DNA from: Paragordius varius
Lineage: Eukaryota; Animalia; Nematomorpha
Direction: 5' to 3'
NCBI GenBank assembly: GCA_964247055.1
Contig: OZ176054.1
Location: 2,108,001-2,172,000, forward strand
DNA length: 64,000 nucleotides
A model generated the notes under the pieces. It was given only the letters and a program-made list of their open reading frames with translations, did no database searches and was not told where the DNA came from. A program made the translations under genes and the position numbers. This document shows positions 1-11,591 of the stretch, in pieces; position 1 is the stretch's first letter, and each line of letters begins with the position of its first letter.

Positions 1-820
1 GATACTAGATTTTCTAATTATTTGAAAAAAGCTGTAATGTATTAGATTAGTCTCTGTATCAATAATTATTTAATTAATTTGGGAGAATAATGCCAATTGA
101 TTTCTGCTTTTCTAACGGAAATAAAGGTCGGAAAAAGGGAAATAATAGTTTTAACAACTATATGATAAGATATGCGGTAAGGATCCCATTTGGTAGGAGA
201 ATAAAGCTGAACGGTAAAAAGTCTAAAATACAAACAACCGCCGCTAATTCCAGTTACGGTAAAAATAGGAACAAATAATTAATTGTAAAAAATCGTTCAA
301 AAAAGGTCATTTATGCCGACCAATGAATGCTCAAACAATGGGATTATTCCTCAATGATCTAGTATCAATATATTTTAACAAATATAGTCATTGCGGATTT
401 GTATTGACCAAATTTTAATTTATTAAAATATTACATTTGTTAACCATGTTAAAAATTTTTGGCACAATTTATTTTGTATTAACAAGAGAAAAATAATATT
501 GCTTTACAGTTTTAAAAGAGGATATTTGATAATAATATACATCTAGTAAAAATTTGATAATTTAAAATCTCCCATTCAAAATAAATTTAAGGGCAACACA
601 AAGGGTATTATTATCTTAGGCAAAGTTTTTAATTGAAAACAATTATAACTTCCGAATATATTTTATTGTACTTATATTCTGATGTAAATTTCACGAACAA
701 AGAAAAAGCACATATAAACTCTATTTCATATAAAATTATTTTATTACACCAGATTTCAAAAAATATTCATAAAAAAAATATATTAGGCAAATAATGTATT
801 TATTGAATACAGATATAGGT

Positions 821-836
821 AGCCCTAAAAAGGGCT
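821..836 (-). terminator. Histone mRNA 3' stem-loop of H2B
   Basis: Minus strand reads CAAC-AGCCCT-TTTT-AGGGCT-ACCTA: a 6-bp stem and 4-nt loop 64 nt past the H2B stop. The first pair is a compensatory A-U in place of the usual G-C. Confidence 0.92.
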
Positions 837-900
837 GTTGGGTGTTTAGTATAATGACATTATCGTCAATGTAGTAACAAAGCTATATAAATTTCAAAAT

Positions 901-1266
901 TTATTTAGAGCTCGTGTATTTGGTGACGGCCTTTGTGCCTTCAGAAACGGCGTGTTTAGCCAATTCCCCAGGTAACAAGAGACGGACAGCTGTTTGGATT
1001 TCCCGACTAGAGATGGTTGATCGTTTGTTGTAGTGAGCGAGGCGAGAAGCTTCAGCAGCAATACGTTCAAACAAATCATTGACGAAAGAATTCATGATGG
1101 ACATGGCCTTGCTAGAGATACCAGTGTCGGGATGAACTTGCTTCAAAACTTTGTAAATGTAGATTCCATAGGATTCCTTTCTAGATTTCCTTTTCTTGTG
1201 ATCTCCCTTGGCTACTTTAGGTTTGTGTGTCTTCTTGACGGCTTTTCCTGCTGGTTTAGGTGGCAT
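901..1266 (-). CDS. H2B: Histone H2B (121 aa, intronless)
   Basis: Canonical fold: [42 protein letters not shown]...[17 protein letters not shown] 3' stem-loop is present. Confidence 0.99.
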   Translation of the reverse strand: MPPKPAGKAVKKTHKPKVAKGDHKKRKSRKESYGIYIYKVLKQVHPDTGISSKAMSIMNSFVNDLFERIAAEASRLAHYNKRSTISSREIQTAVRLLLPGELAKHAVSEGTKAVTKYTSSK

Positions 1267-1890
<624 letters not shown>

Positions 1891-1970
1891 ATCCGGATTC
1901 AGTTTTGCAACTGTATACAAACTTGTCAAATATATACATCGTATTAATTTATACGAATACTTACCCCAAA

Positions 1971-1986
1971 GGCCCTTGTTAGGGCC
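1971..1986 (+). terminator. Histone mRNA 3' stem-loop of H4
   Basis: CCCAAA-GGCCCT-TGTT-AGGGCC-ACCTA. Canonical stem; the loop TGTT has G at position 2. Confidence 0.93.
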
Positions 1987-3139
1987 ACCTAAATAAATTT
2001 TTTTCCATATATTCTGTCAATGTTATTGTTTTTTTTTACATGAAAACAGCTCAATTTTATATATACTGTGGATTAGTTATTTAATGTGTTGATTTTTATG
2101 GGCAAAGTTAGCGTTGCGATAAATTTTATATTTTCAGAATCTTGCAGCTTTTTTCCGAGCATCCTGAGTTTGCCTCAAATTTATTTTTTTTACCTATTCT
2201 CGTACCTTCTTTTATTCAAACCAAAATTAAGGTCAAAAAAGCATTATTTAATGACAAGTTTATGGTTTGTTAAACTATCCCCATTCATTATGGTTCAGTT
2301 ATTTCACATTATAATATCGTTCTCTAGCATGTTATCGCAAAAATTAATTAGCCGATAAATCTTTTGTTGCTTTGATAGTTTAAGTCTCATAAAACTGGAC
2401 ACAATAGCTGACATTTGTTATCCTTTTGACATTATTACGAATATCCATATTTTTAAACACTCATTTACATATACAATGAATGTCGTTGGTCGTTAAAACA
2501 CATTCAAAATAATTATAATATGTAATTTTAAAAAATAGAAAAAACTCACTTTTGTAACTAATCAATAATATATTTAGCTAATTAATGACCGATTCCTAAA
2601 TTTTACATATATATAATTTCGGCTTATTAGTATATCTATGGTAGACCACGGCCCTAAAGGTGCTTTTTAATGGTCCTGAATTATTTATTATTTTTTTGAA
2701 ATACTTAAGAGTATAAATATGTGTCAACATATGAATTTTAACGGAATTATATTATAATCGCTCTTTAAGATGAGAAAAAAAATTTTTTTTTGCGGAATTT
2801 AGTATTTGTTGAGTGCTATTGAGTGTTCTTAAATAGCCTTATAGAAAGATCCTGGCCGTTAAAAAATTTATTTTAAATATATATATACATACTTATAATA
2901 AACCTAATTGAATATTTAAAATTTTATTTGTACCTCTTCAAAAAATTTTCAATTATTCAAAAAAAAAAAGCGATAATAAATAAATTAATTCCATCTTTTT
3001 TATAAAGATTTAAGATTATAGTATTTATCTTTAGTTATTACAGCGTTTTTTTGGGGCACAAAAATCATTCAAAATATTTTTTTATTTTAATATTAAATTA
3101 GTGCGCCTAAAACAAACTATCCTGTATATCTCACAACAA

Positions 3140-3210
3140 AAACGCGCAAATTACCTCTCTTGTTTTTCATTGGCTAACAATTTGTGCGCAAACATAATTG
3201 CTATATAAAG
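3140..3210 (+). promoter_or_regulatory. H2A promoter (TATA, inverted CCAAT, GCGCAAA motifs)
   Basis: TATATAAAG at 3202-3210, ATTGG at 3169-3173, and GCGCAAA at about 3144-3150 and 3186-3192. Confidence 0.7.
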
Positions 3211-3283
3211 GTTCACATTATCTCCTATTTTATCATTTCACGTTTTTTATACTTTCATCTCCTCAAATTAACATCATTCAAAC

Positions 3284-3658
3284 ATGACTGGCCGTGGCAA
3301 AGGTGGAAAAATAAAGGGAAAGGCAAAAAGCAGATCAAATCGCGCTGGACTTCAATTCCCAGTTGGTCGTATTCACCGTTTACTCCGAAAAGGAAATTAT
3401 GCAAGCCGCATTGGTGGAGGCGCCCCAGTTTATTTGGCCGCCGTGATGGAATACTTAGCCGCTGAAGTTCTTGAATTGGCTGGAAACGCTGCACGTGACA
3501 ACAAGAAGACTCGTATCATCCCAAGACATCTTCAACTAGCCATCCGCAACGATGAAGAATTGAACAAATTATTGTCTGGAGTTACCATAGCTCAAGGTGG
3601 TGTTCTCCCCAATATTCAAGCTATTCTTTTGCCAAAGAAGTCAGAAACTAGCCAATAA
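3284..3658 (+). CDS. H2A: Histone H2A (124 aa, intronless)
   Basis: [24 protein letters not shown]...[20 protein letters not shown]...[16 protein letters not shown] 3' stem-loop is present. Confidence 0.99.
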   Translation: MTGRGKGGKIKGKAKSRSNRAGLQFPVGRIHRLLRKGNYASRIGGGAPVYLAAVMEYLAAEVLELAGNAARDNKKTRIIPRHLQLAIRNDEELNKLLSGVTIAQGGVLPNIQAILLPKKSETSQ

Positions 3659-3722
3659 GTATCTGAACAACGTGGAATGTATTTTATATTCATGTAAATC
3701 ACATACATGTTAATAACCCAAA

Positions 3723-3738
3723 GGCCCTTTTTAGGGCC
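3723..3738 (+). terminator. Histone mRNA 3' stem-loop of H2A
   Basis: CCCAAA-GGCCCT-TTTT-AGGGCC-ACCTA: canonical. Confidence 0.95.
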
Positions 3739-5602
3739 ACCTAAACCACACCAAATAAATTTTATATATTTTCATGTTGTATACATTTTTATTACTAAAT
3801 TGAAAACGATTCTTCAGAGTTTTGCTTTTCGTTCTAAAAATATACCATTTTTTATTATTTTGTGTAATCGATTTCTTTTGACAATTATAATGTCCCATAT
3901 TTACTTTCTTGAACGTTAATAACCAAGAAATTTTTGAAATGGATAGGATAGATCTACAAAAAGTTATTTTTATTTTGCACGGACTGTCCCTCCTTATACC
4001 TCGTTCACATTCGCATAAAAATATGACGGGCTTTCAAAAACTAATCCCACAAAGAGTAATGGTGAATAATTATGTATTTTTTTTTAAAAAAAGTTGCCAT
4101 ACTAAATATAAATAACTTAAAACCTATATATTGGGTCAAATTTAAAATGTATTACATTTCCTATTGGGGGTATTATACAGGTCACACAAGAGTATCTTGA
4201 TAAATGTTTCTAATAGAAAATACATCAGTGTTCTCAGGGGGTTGTAATGGGCTTTACGATCATTTAATAAATTGTTTTACACTTTTGTATAATTGCTTCA
4301 TAATGAAAAATCAAAAAATTTTCCCAAATTATAAATATGTTTTTTTGTGAAAGGTAAATGCTTCATTTTAAAAAATATTTAATTGCACGATAAATTAGAG
4401 GTTTAACATGCGGTCTTCTAATATGTTTTTGTAGCTTGCGAGTAGTTTTAAGAAAATTCGATATTTAAATAAAATTCATTTTAAACAAATTTTCTGAATA
4501 AGTGTATTTTATCAATAAACTAGCAAAAATAGTTTTACTTCGATTCAAATTGGAGTATCTAAATATCCCACACTAAATTTAAATTTTTTAAAAAGCTAGT
4601 GAAAGAAACGGTCGTAATTTATATTTATGCTTCTATCTTAATAAAAATTATGTAAATAAACAAAATTATCTAAATTAATGTTACCATATATTTTAAACTT
4701 TGACGCAGTACAAAATTAAAACATACTTTGCAGTTTTTACACCATCGGTGTGGTATATTACACAGTTTCCACAAAAATTTTAAATATATATATTCTGATA
4801 GGAAAACAGGATAATGGTGCTTGTGGTTAAAATTTTTAGATATGGCTTGAAAGTCTCAAATTTTTTGGTTCTTTTAAAATGGACTGTTCTATTAAAATAA
4901 ACGCGAAAATTCCGACATTGTGCAATAATTTTAAATATATGCTAAATATTGATATCAAGTAAATATATTTTTTTCATAAAATGCATTTCAAAATTTAATT
5001 TTTAGCAAAATTTTGTTGAAACGTCATACTATTTTAAGCATAATGGATACGAATATAAACGTTTGAGATGTTATACCATTTATATATATAATTCGATAAT
5101 GGTTAACATTTTTCTCTCACAGAATTTTGAGTAAAATATTCGTTCGTTTTCAAATTTATGTTAAACAAAAATGGTGTTTGTTACGAAAATTCACCAAAAT
5201 TCGCAAGCAAGCAAACAAACCTTTAAATTAAACAACCTGTAGTAATGTTCAGCATCATTGAATTATTTAGAAAAAGGGTTTTATTATATTTTAAAGCGTT
5301 ATACCGTTTCCATCATGCTTCAAAATAGTTTGAAAAACGCTTAACAAAATATCTCAAATTTGTTAATGCAAAAAAAGAAAACTCAAAAAATTTTAAGTAA
5401 TATCATACTCCCACCTAATGAGTAAACGTAAATAAAAACTCTTAATTTTTACGAAAAAAGGGTATTTCAAAATCATATGCCATATATAATACAGTTTAGT
5501 AGAGTCTCTTTTTACCTTTTTTTATTTAAGGGTAAGGGCTTAAAATTGTATCCGGACATGTGAAGGTAACACTCGCCTGCCCAGGGCTGACAGTGATGAT
5601 GG

Positions 5603-5672
5603 AAAAAATGCGTAGTTTCGGGGTTCGAACTCTGGCACGCAGAGTTAGAGTCCGGCGCCCTACCTACTATAC
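5603..5672 (-). repeat. Degenerate tRNA-derived Pol III-like element (SINE head or pseudo-tRNA) interrupted by the hAT insertion
   Basis: The reconstructed empty site on the minus strand reads TAGTATAGTAGGTAGGGCGCCGGACTCTAACTCTGCGTGCCAGAGTTCGAACCCCGAAACTACGCATTTTTT. This has an A-box-like start, a B-box GAGTTCGAACC and a T6 run. T-stem and acceptor-stem pairing is poor, so it is not a functional tRNA. Confidence 0.5.
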
Positions 5673-6047
5673 CAGGGGTGGCCAACGAGGTGACCGCGGT
5701 CACTTTCGTGACCGCGACAACTCAAAAAGTGACCGCCTGAAAATATTTTTTTTTAAAAAATTTTATTGATTTTTTTCGGATAGTTGGCTACTTCTGAGCG
5801 AATTTAAATTTAAAATACAAAAAAATACGGTTTAAATTAAAATAAACGTCTAAGAAAAGGGTGTAAAAAAATTATTTTATTAATTATAATTCATATGTGG
5901 AGCATTTGCATTAAAACTTAAAATCAGTCATTTCCCTTGAATATATCAAAACTTTGAGCAAAGCTTATTCATAAATCAGAAGCATAATCGTGAAGTTAGA
6001 TTTGATTTGATACACCAAAAGTAGGTTTTTAAAACTTATATTTTAGA

Positions 6048-7858
6048 ATGAGCCAAAAAAAGTTGTACAGATACAAGAAAGATTGGGAGCATGAATACTT
6101 TTTTATTATGATAAATGAAACATGCACCTGTCTAATATGCAATAGTACTGTTGCTTTGCCCAAAAAGTCAAATATTGAAAGACATTATAGATCTCTGCAT
6201 CCACATTACTCCAAAAACTACCCCTTACAAACTCAAGAACGCAACATTAAAGTAAAGGAATTAAAAGAACAATTATCCGCCTCACAAAATAGCATACTTA
6301 AATACAACAAAGACTATAAAAATGCTACGATTGCTTCATTCAAGGTAGCGGAAATACTCATTCGGAACAATAAGCCATTCCAAGATGGTGAAATATTTAA
6401 AGAAGCCTTTATTAGCGCTTGTGATATTTTATTTGAAAATTTTGATAACAAGAATAATATTATGACAGCTATTAAAAGCATAAGCTTATCGAGAAATACC
6501 GTTATGCGCAGGGCTGAAGATATTAGTAATAATCTTGATGAAATTTTACATGAAAATATTAATAACTGTATTTTTTTTCCTTGCAACTCGATGAGTCCAC
6601 CGATTATGTTGGAATCGCCCAATTATGCATTTTTATTCGTATGATATTCAGTGATTTATCTGCAAAGGAGGAATTATTAACTATAATACCTCTCCACGAA
6701 CGAACCAGAGGGCAGGATATTTTTGATTCTTTTTATAATATCACAGATACGAAACTTCCCATCGTAAAACTCGCATCTATAACTACTGATGGAGCTCCAG
6801 CTATGATTCGCGTTAACAACGGCTTTATCGCTTTATGTAAAAATCACAGTGCATTTCCCAAGTTCATTGATTACCATTGTATAATCCATAATCAAGTTTT
6901 ATGTTCAAAAGTTTTAAAATACCATCATGTAATGAACCCCTGTTTTAAAATTGTTAACGCCATTCGAACAAAAAGCTTGTCCCGCCGCCAATTTCGAATT
7001 TTGTTAAATGAGTGCGGCGTGGAATATGGAGAACTTTTATTACATACTGACGTAAGGTGGTTGAGTCGTGCCGCATTTTTAATTAGATTTAGGCAACTTT
7101 TACCACAAATAGAAAGTTTTTTAGAGAATTCTAAATTTTCATACCCTGAATTAAAAGATCAAGATTGGCTGCTTGATCTTGCATTTTTATGCGATATCAC
7201 GGAAAAATTGCATAACATCCAATTACAAGGAAAAGATAAAACAATAATGGATATGATGGGTGCTTTAAAATCTTTTAAGGAAACACTAACAGTAGTAGAA
7301 ACACAATTAAAAAACCGAGATTTAAAACATTTTTTTAATCTGGCAGCGGTGTTTGAAAAAATAGAGAATCTCTCTTTTGAAAAATATGCAGATGATATTG
7401 GTCTGCTTATTAATGATTTTGAAAAACGATTTTCATCTATAAATAAACTTGAAGACATCGCTATTTTTTTATCATGCCCATTTAATAATAATAATAATGT
7501 TGAATATATTGCTCAAAAACTCAGCCACTTTCTTGGTGTACCAAATTTAGCAGAGTTGGAAGAGGAATTAATAAATGTTAAATGCGATATCCATCTAAAA
7601 TCATTAGGATCAGATATATATTAATTTATAAATAAAGATAAATACCCCCATATTTGGAAAACCGCTGCATCATTCAATTCTTTTTTTGGATCCACATATT
7701 TATGTGAATCGGCTTTTTCAATTATGAATGCTATCAAAACTAAACAGAGGTCACAATTAACTAATAAACATTTAGAATCATGTTTGAGAATTGCTTTGAC
7801 TTCATTTGAACCTAATTTAGATAAACTTTCTGAATTTTTTCGCAGTCGGGCGTTTTAA
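6048..7858 (+). pseudogene. hAT transposase with a -1 frameshift (T8 run, 6571-6578) and an in-frame TAA (7622-7624)
   Basis: ORF1 has a BED-like zinc finger (CLIC...RHYRSLH). ORF2 has LQLDESTD, TTDGAPAM, HCIIH and DVRWLSR. Continuing the same frame past the TAA gives the hATC motif FGSTYLCESAFSIMNAIKTKQRSQLTNKHLESCLRIA, ending with TAA at 7856-7858. Confidence 0.93.
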
Positions 7859-8374
7859 ATATTTTTTTCTTTATTAAATATGGATGTTTATCGAGTTGTA
7901 TTTTCGCTTAGGAAAAAGCCGATTTACTAAAAAATATGTGGATAGAATTAAAACTGATACAATTTTAATGTACTCTTATTTATGTTCAAATTATGGTTCT
8001 AAATTGGAATGCTATTTTTTATTTCTTTTATTTTTTGTATCATAACACTAGACAACAAATTTTAACTTTTTTTAACTGCCATTCTTGTAAATTTAAAATT
8101 TATTTCATTAAAGTACATAATTAGTATATCTGAAAAGAAAATTGGTCTAGCATGAAAGAATTTTTTTATATTAGAGTTTATCGATAATTTTTGGCCCCGA
8201 TTTAACATTAAACTTGAAATTTCGAAAATTTAAAGTTTTAAATATGAAGCCATGTATTTTATATCATTCGAAAGAGCGCAAAAAACTGAATCTTTTAAAT
8301 GGTAGTAAGTCATTTAAATCAATCGGATGTAAAAGTTATTTGGATTTAAATAGTCGAAATTTTCAATCCTTAAA

Positions 8375-8432
8375 TAAGTCAAGAATTTTCACAGACCAAC
8401 TTAAGTAAGTCAAGAATTTTCACAGACCAACT
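8375..8432. repeat. 27-bp direct duplication inside the hAT 3' region
   Basis: TAAGTCAAGAATTTTCACAGACCAACT at 8375-8401 and 8406-8432. Confidence 0.85.
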
Positions 8433-10627
8433 AATTTGAAAATCATATAAATTATTTTAATATAATTATTAGGGTTATATTAGTATTTAATTTAAAAAAA
8501 ATGTTTGAAAAAGCTTTTGGTTTGCTTTTTAAATAAAAATTATTATTATCATAAATATTTTACCTCGTGGATACTAAAATGCATAGTTATAACTGTAAAT
8601 TTATTACATAATGGCTATAAAAGATCAAAATTACCTTAAACTTTGTTTTTATTTTTAAAATTTCAAAATTATAAGCCTTGTAAAGAAAATAAATTAATAT
8701 TGATGAGATGGTAATTTTTAAAAAACAAAAAACTTAAAAATGGCTGTTTTGAGTAACATCAAAGCAATAAAAAATGTTTTAATCAAAAAAAACTTTCTTG
8801 TGTTATCTTTTTTGGACATTCATCCTTCTCTAAATAAAGTTTGAGCTATTTTCATCCATTAGATTTAAAAATATAATAATTTAAAAAAATGCTCTCGCTT
8901 CGCGCGTTTGTCGCTCTTTGTGTCCAATATTAACTGTCGATTTAATACATATTAGTATGAATTTTATAGAGTTTTTAATACTCTTTCGAATGATATATTA
9001 CAAATGGGCATTACTTGTATATTTTTAAAGAAAAACATTTTTTAGTAAAATTTTGATAAAGAGGGCGCATAATCAAAAAAATCAAATTATACAAAATTCT
9101 TTCATCGAGTTATAATTTTTATTTCAGATTTACTGTTAGAATGATGCTAAATATCAGAAAATGCAAAAAACTCGAGTGGCAGAAAAATTTGTTGTCTAGT
9201 GTAATGTATTCTCCCCTGTAATTTCAAATGCATTGTTTAAATTTTTATATTGTAAAATTTCATATAATAGAAATTTAATAAATAAATATTTTGAAGTGTT
9301 TTATGTTGGTTAAAAAATTAAGGTAGTTAATAACCCGTTGTCTTTTAATTAAAATTATTTTTGTATTTGGTTGATAGATAAAAAAATTACAATTTTAAAA
9401 TGGTTTAAACAAGTCACTCTAATCTGTAAAGCAGGTATATACATCATTTAAAGTGTTGATTGAGTTTTTTTGATAAATATTTCTGGGTGACCGCCAACTC
9501 TTTTTTTAACAAAAAAGCCAAAAAAAAGCTCGCGACAAAAAAAGTGTGGCCACCCCTGTACTATACTATATATAATAAATTTTAAATAAAAGTTACGGTA
9601 AAAATTTTCCATACAATTTTCGGTTTGATATTATAACAAAAAATTAACTTTCTAAACTTGATCAAACATTTATTCAAATATGATAAATAATTTTGTTAAT
9701 TTTAAATTTTTAGGCACCTCTTTTTGCGGAAGCCCTGAGTGAAAGAGCCATAGGCCTGAATCTTACGGTGGATTCTGAGATTTATAGTTTCGCCACTTCG
9801 CGAAAGCCTGCAATCATAAGCGGTTTGACCGATACAAAATCCAATTTTTATAATTCGAGCAGAAAATAAAATATTAACCAATTAAAAATAGGCCAATCTT
9901 AGTTTTTTTACTGCAAAATGAACCATTTCTTTACAAATTATGGGTTTGTTTTTACAGAGGGAATATATCTTTGTTGAATAAATAAAAGGTAATTAATATA
10001 TAATTATAAATAATTAGATTTTTTTAAATAAGCAGTACAAAAGTGGGCGCAGTACAGTCGCAGTTTTTTTCTGAAAATCCAGTACTGTACTGCGAAAAAC
10101 AGCCTATCTGGTCACATTAATCTAAATAAGATTTTGTTTTGAAAAAAGTTCCATGTCAAACTAATCCGACGCCATTTTTATTTTACAAAATTTTTGCAAA
10201 ATATCGTCATCATTTTATTTGAAGGGTAAATATAAAACTAATTTTTTTTTACATCATAAATTGTTAGAGATAGAAAAGGCTATTTATTTTGCGTTATTTT
10301 TCAATTTTACCATTCCTCACATGTCACGTTGTCTAAATTTTTGCCTTTGGCTTTAACTTAAAATAATTATTATAAAGTTTTGAATAATTTTTTTTATATA
10401 TTTTGGTTAATTAATGTTATGTAAGTGCATGATTTTGCCATGGTTTCGATTGCCTCCATATTTTTTTAAGAAATTTATTTTAAACAGGCCTGGGGTATCT
10501 GATTACCCCAATTTAAATCGAAGGACTGAAATAAGTATGTTCTATCCAAGTGTTAATATACAGTATTTAGTTTTATATATGAAATCTAATAAAATACTTT
10601 TTAATGCTCTTATATTTCGCCTAAAAA

Positions 10628-10663
10628 TGCGGCCCACAAGGTCATTTGTGTTGGACACCCCTG
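10628..10663 (-). mobile_element. Isolated hAT-like terminal end
   Basis: TTGGACACCCCTG is the reverse complement of CAGGGGTGTCCAA, one mismatch from the end of the large hAT, with a subterminal GCGGCCC. No partner end or TSD found. Confidence 0.4.
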
Positions 10664-10879
10664 AACAGAGGAATTCAATTTTTTTTTAAATTGGGCTCCA
10701 AAAGTCTCAAATTTTGGGCCTTTTTAAATGAGCTATTTATTTAAAAATTAACGCAAAAATACCAATGTTTAGCGATAAGTTTTTTTAAAATATGGTAAAA
10801 TATGGCATCAAACGCTATTATTTATATTTTGTCCTTAAAACTTCATGACCTTATGACTTTTTTGGTCCGCGATGACATA

Positions 10880-11591
10880 TTGGGGTAGTTTTATATGACA
10901 GAGCTCAATCTCGAAAATAAACTCCTGTTTTGAAAGTTATTTTAGTTTTAATTATCGCACCTTGTTCTGTATTAGATACAAAAGCCTATATATTTTACAG
11001 TTTTTTTAACATCCACTAGCGTGTAAAATTGAGACAGTTCCAAAACACGATTGAACTAATCAGCTCATTTTACAAGTTGTTGGTAAAATTCAACTTGAAA
11101 GCTTATTAAAGTTAATTTCTTACATTTTCTATCATAATATACATTTATTTGCCTATATTGTATTAGCGATATAAATATACCATTTACAATTCAAATTCAC
11201 CCTTGAACAATTAAAATTCAGCCTGAAAATAATTTATGCGTTTTTAAGTCATATAACTCGTCATTAATGTGAAATATATTTTTACGACATATTTTATTAT
11301 TTTTTCAGCATTATATTAATTTTAAACGGAATTTCATATTTCAAAAATATTAAAAAATAAGGGTAATTTTAAATGTAGAAAAAAGTTCGAGGGTGAATTT
11401 GAACTGTAAATGGTATATTTATAGATAAAATGGCGGCGAGAGAGTTTGAGATTAATTTTTTTATAATTTTACATTAAAATTTTTTTGTGTTATGCGCTTA
11501 AAAGGATAAATTAAGCATAATTTTAAATTTGGCCTAATACTTTAATTATTTTTTAAGATATTCCTATTCGATCTGGGAAAAACTACCCCAA
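10880..11591. mobile_element. MITE family A copy 1 (TTGGGGTAGTTTT TIR) carrying a nested family-B element
   Basis: 13-bp inverted ends at 10880-10892 / 11579-11591. Internal blocks (CAGAGCTCAA, GAAAGCTT, ATATACATTTATTTGCCT) are shared with the copy at 36281-36721. The length difference between copies roughly equals the nested insert. Confidence 0.7.
11170..11423. mobile_element. MITE family B (~250 bp; TATA|CCATTTAC ends)
   Basis: 39-bp inverted repeats (11170-11208 / 11385-11423, 2 mismatches) and a 21-bp subterminal unit TTCAAATTCACCCTTGAACAA. Confidence 0.85.

Larger units (their letters stand above)
5673..9558 (+). mobile_element. Full-length hAT DNA transposon, Buster/SPIN-like (3886 bp)
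   Basis: Perfect 12-bp TIR CAGGGGTGGCCA (5673-5684 / 9547-9558). Identical 8-bp TSD TACTATAC (5665-5672 and 9559-9566) with the central TA typical of Buster-group nnnTAnnn sites. Subterminal GTGACCGC repeats at both ends. Internal transposase. Confidence 0.96.

Noticed and set aside
2648-2665. GGCCCTAAAGGTGC resembling a fourth histone stem-loop
   Set aside because: The stem is incomplete and there is no adjacent histone ORF.
5603-5672. Functional tRNA gene, for example a CTA-anticodon suppressor
   Set aside because: T-stem and acceptor stem do not pair and the 5' end is disrupted by the transposon, so it is kept only as a degenerate tRNA-derived element.
6571-6578. Programmed -1 frameshift producing an active transposase
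   Set aside because: A second in-frame stop at 7622 removes the third catalytic Glu and the dimerisation domain, so simple decay or a sequencing error is more parsimonious.
10048-10094. 11-bp inverted repeat (CGCAGTACAGT / ACTGTACTGCG) as a possible pre-miRNA
   Set aside because: The stem is too short, with a 25-nt loop and no extended pairing; probably a repeat remnant.
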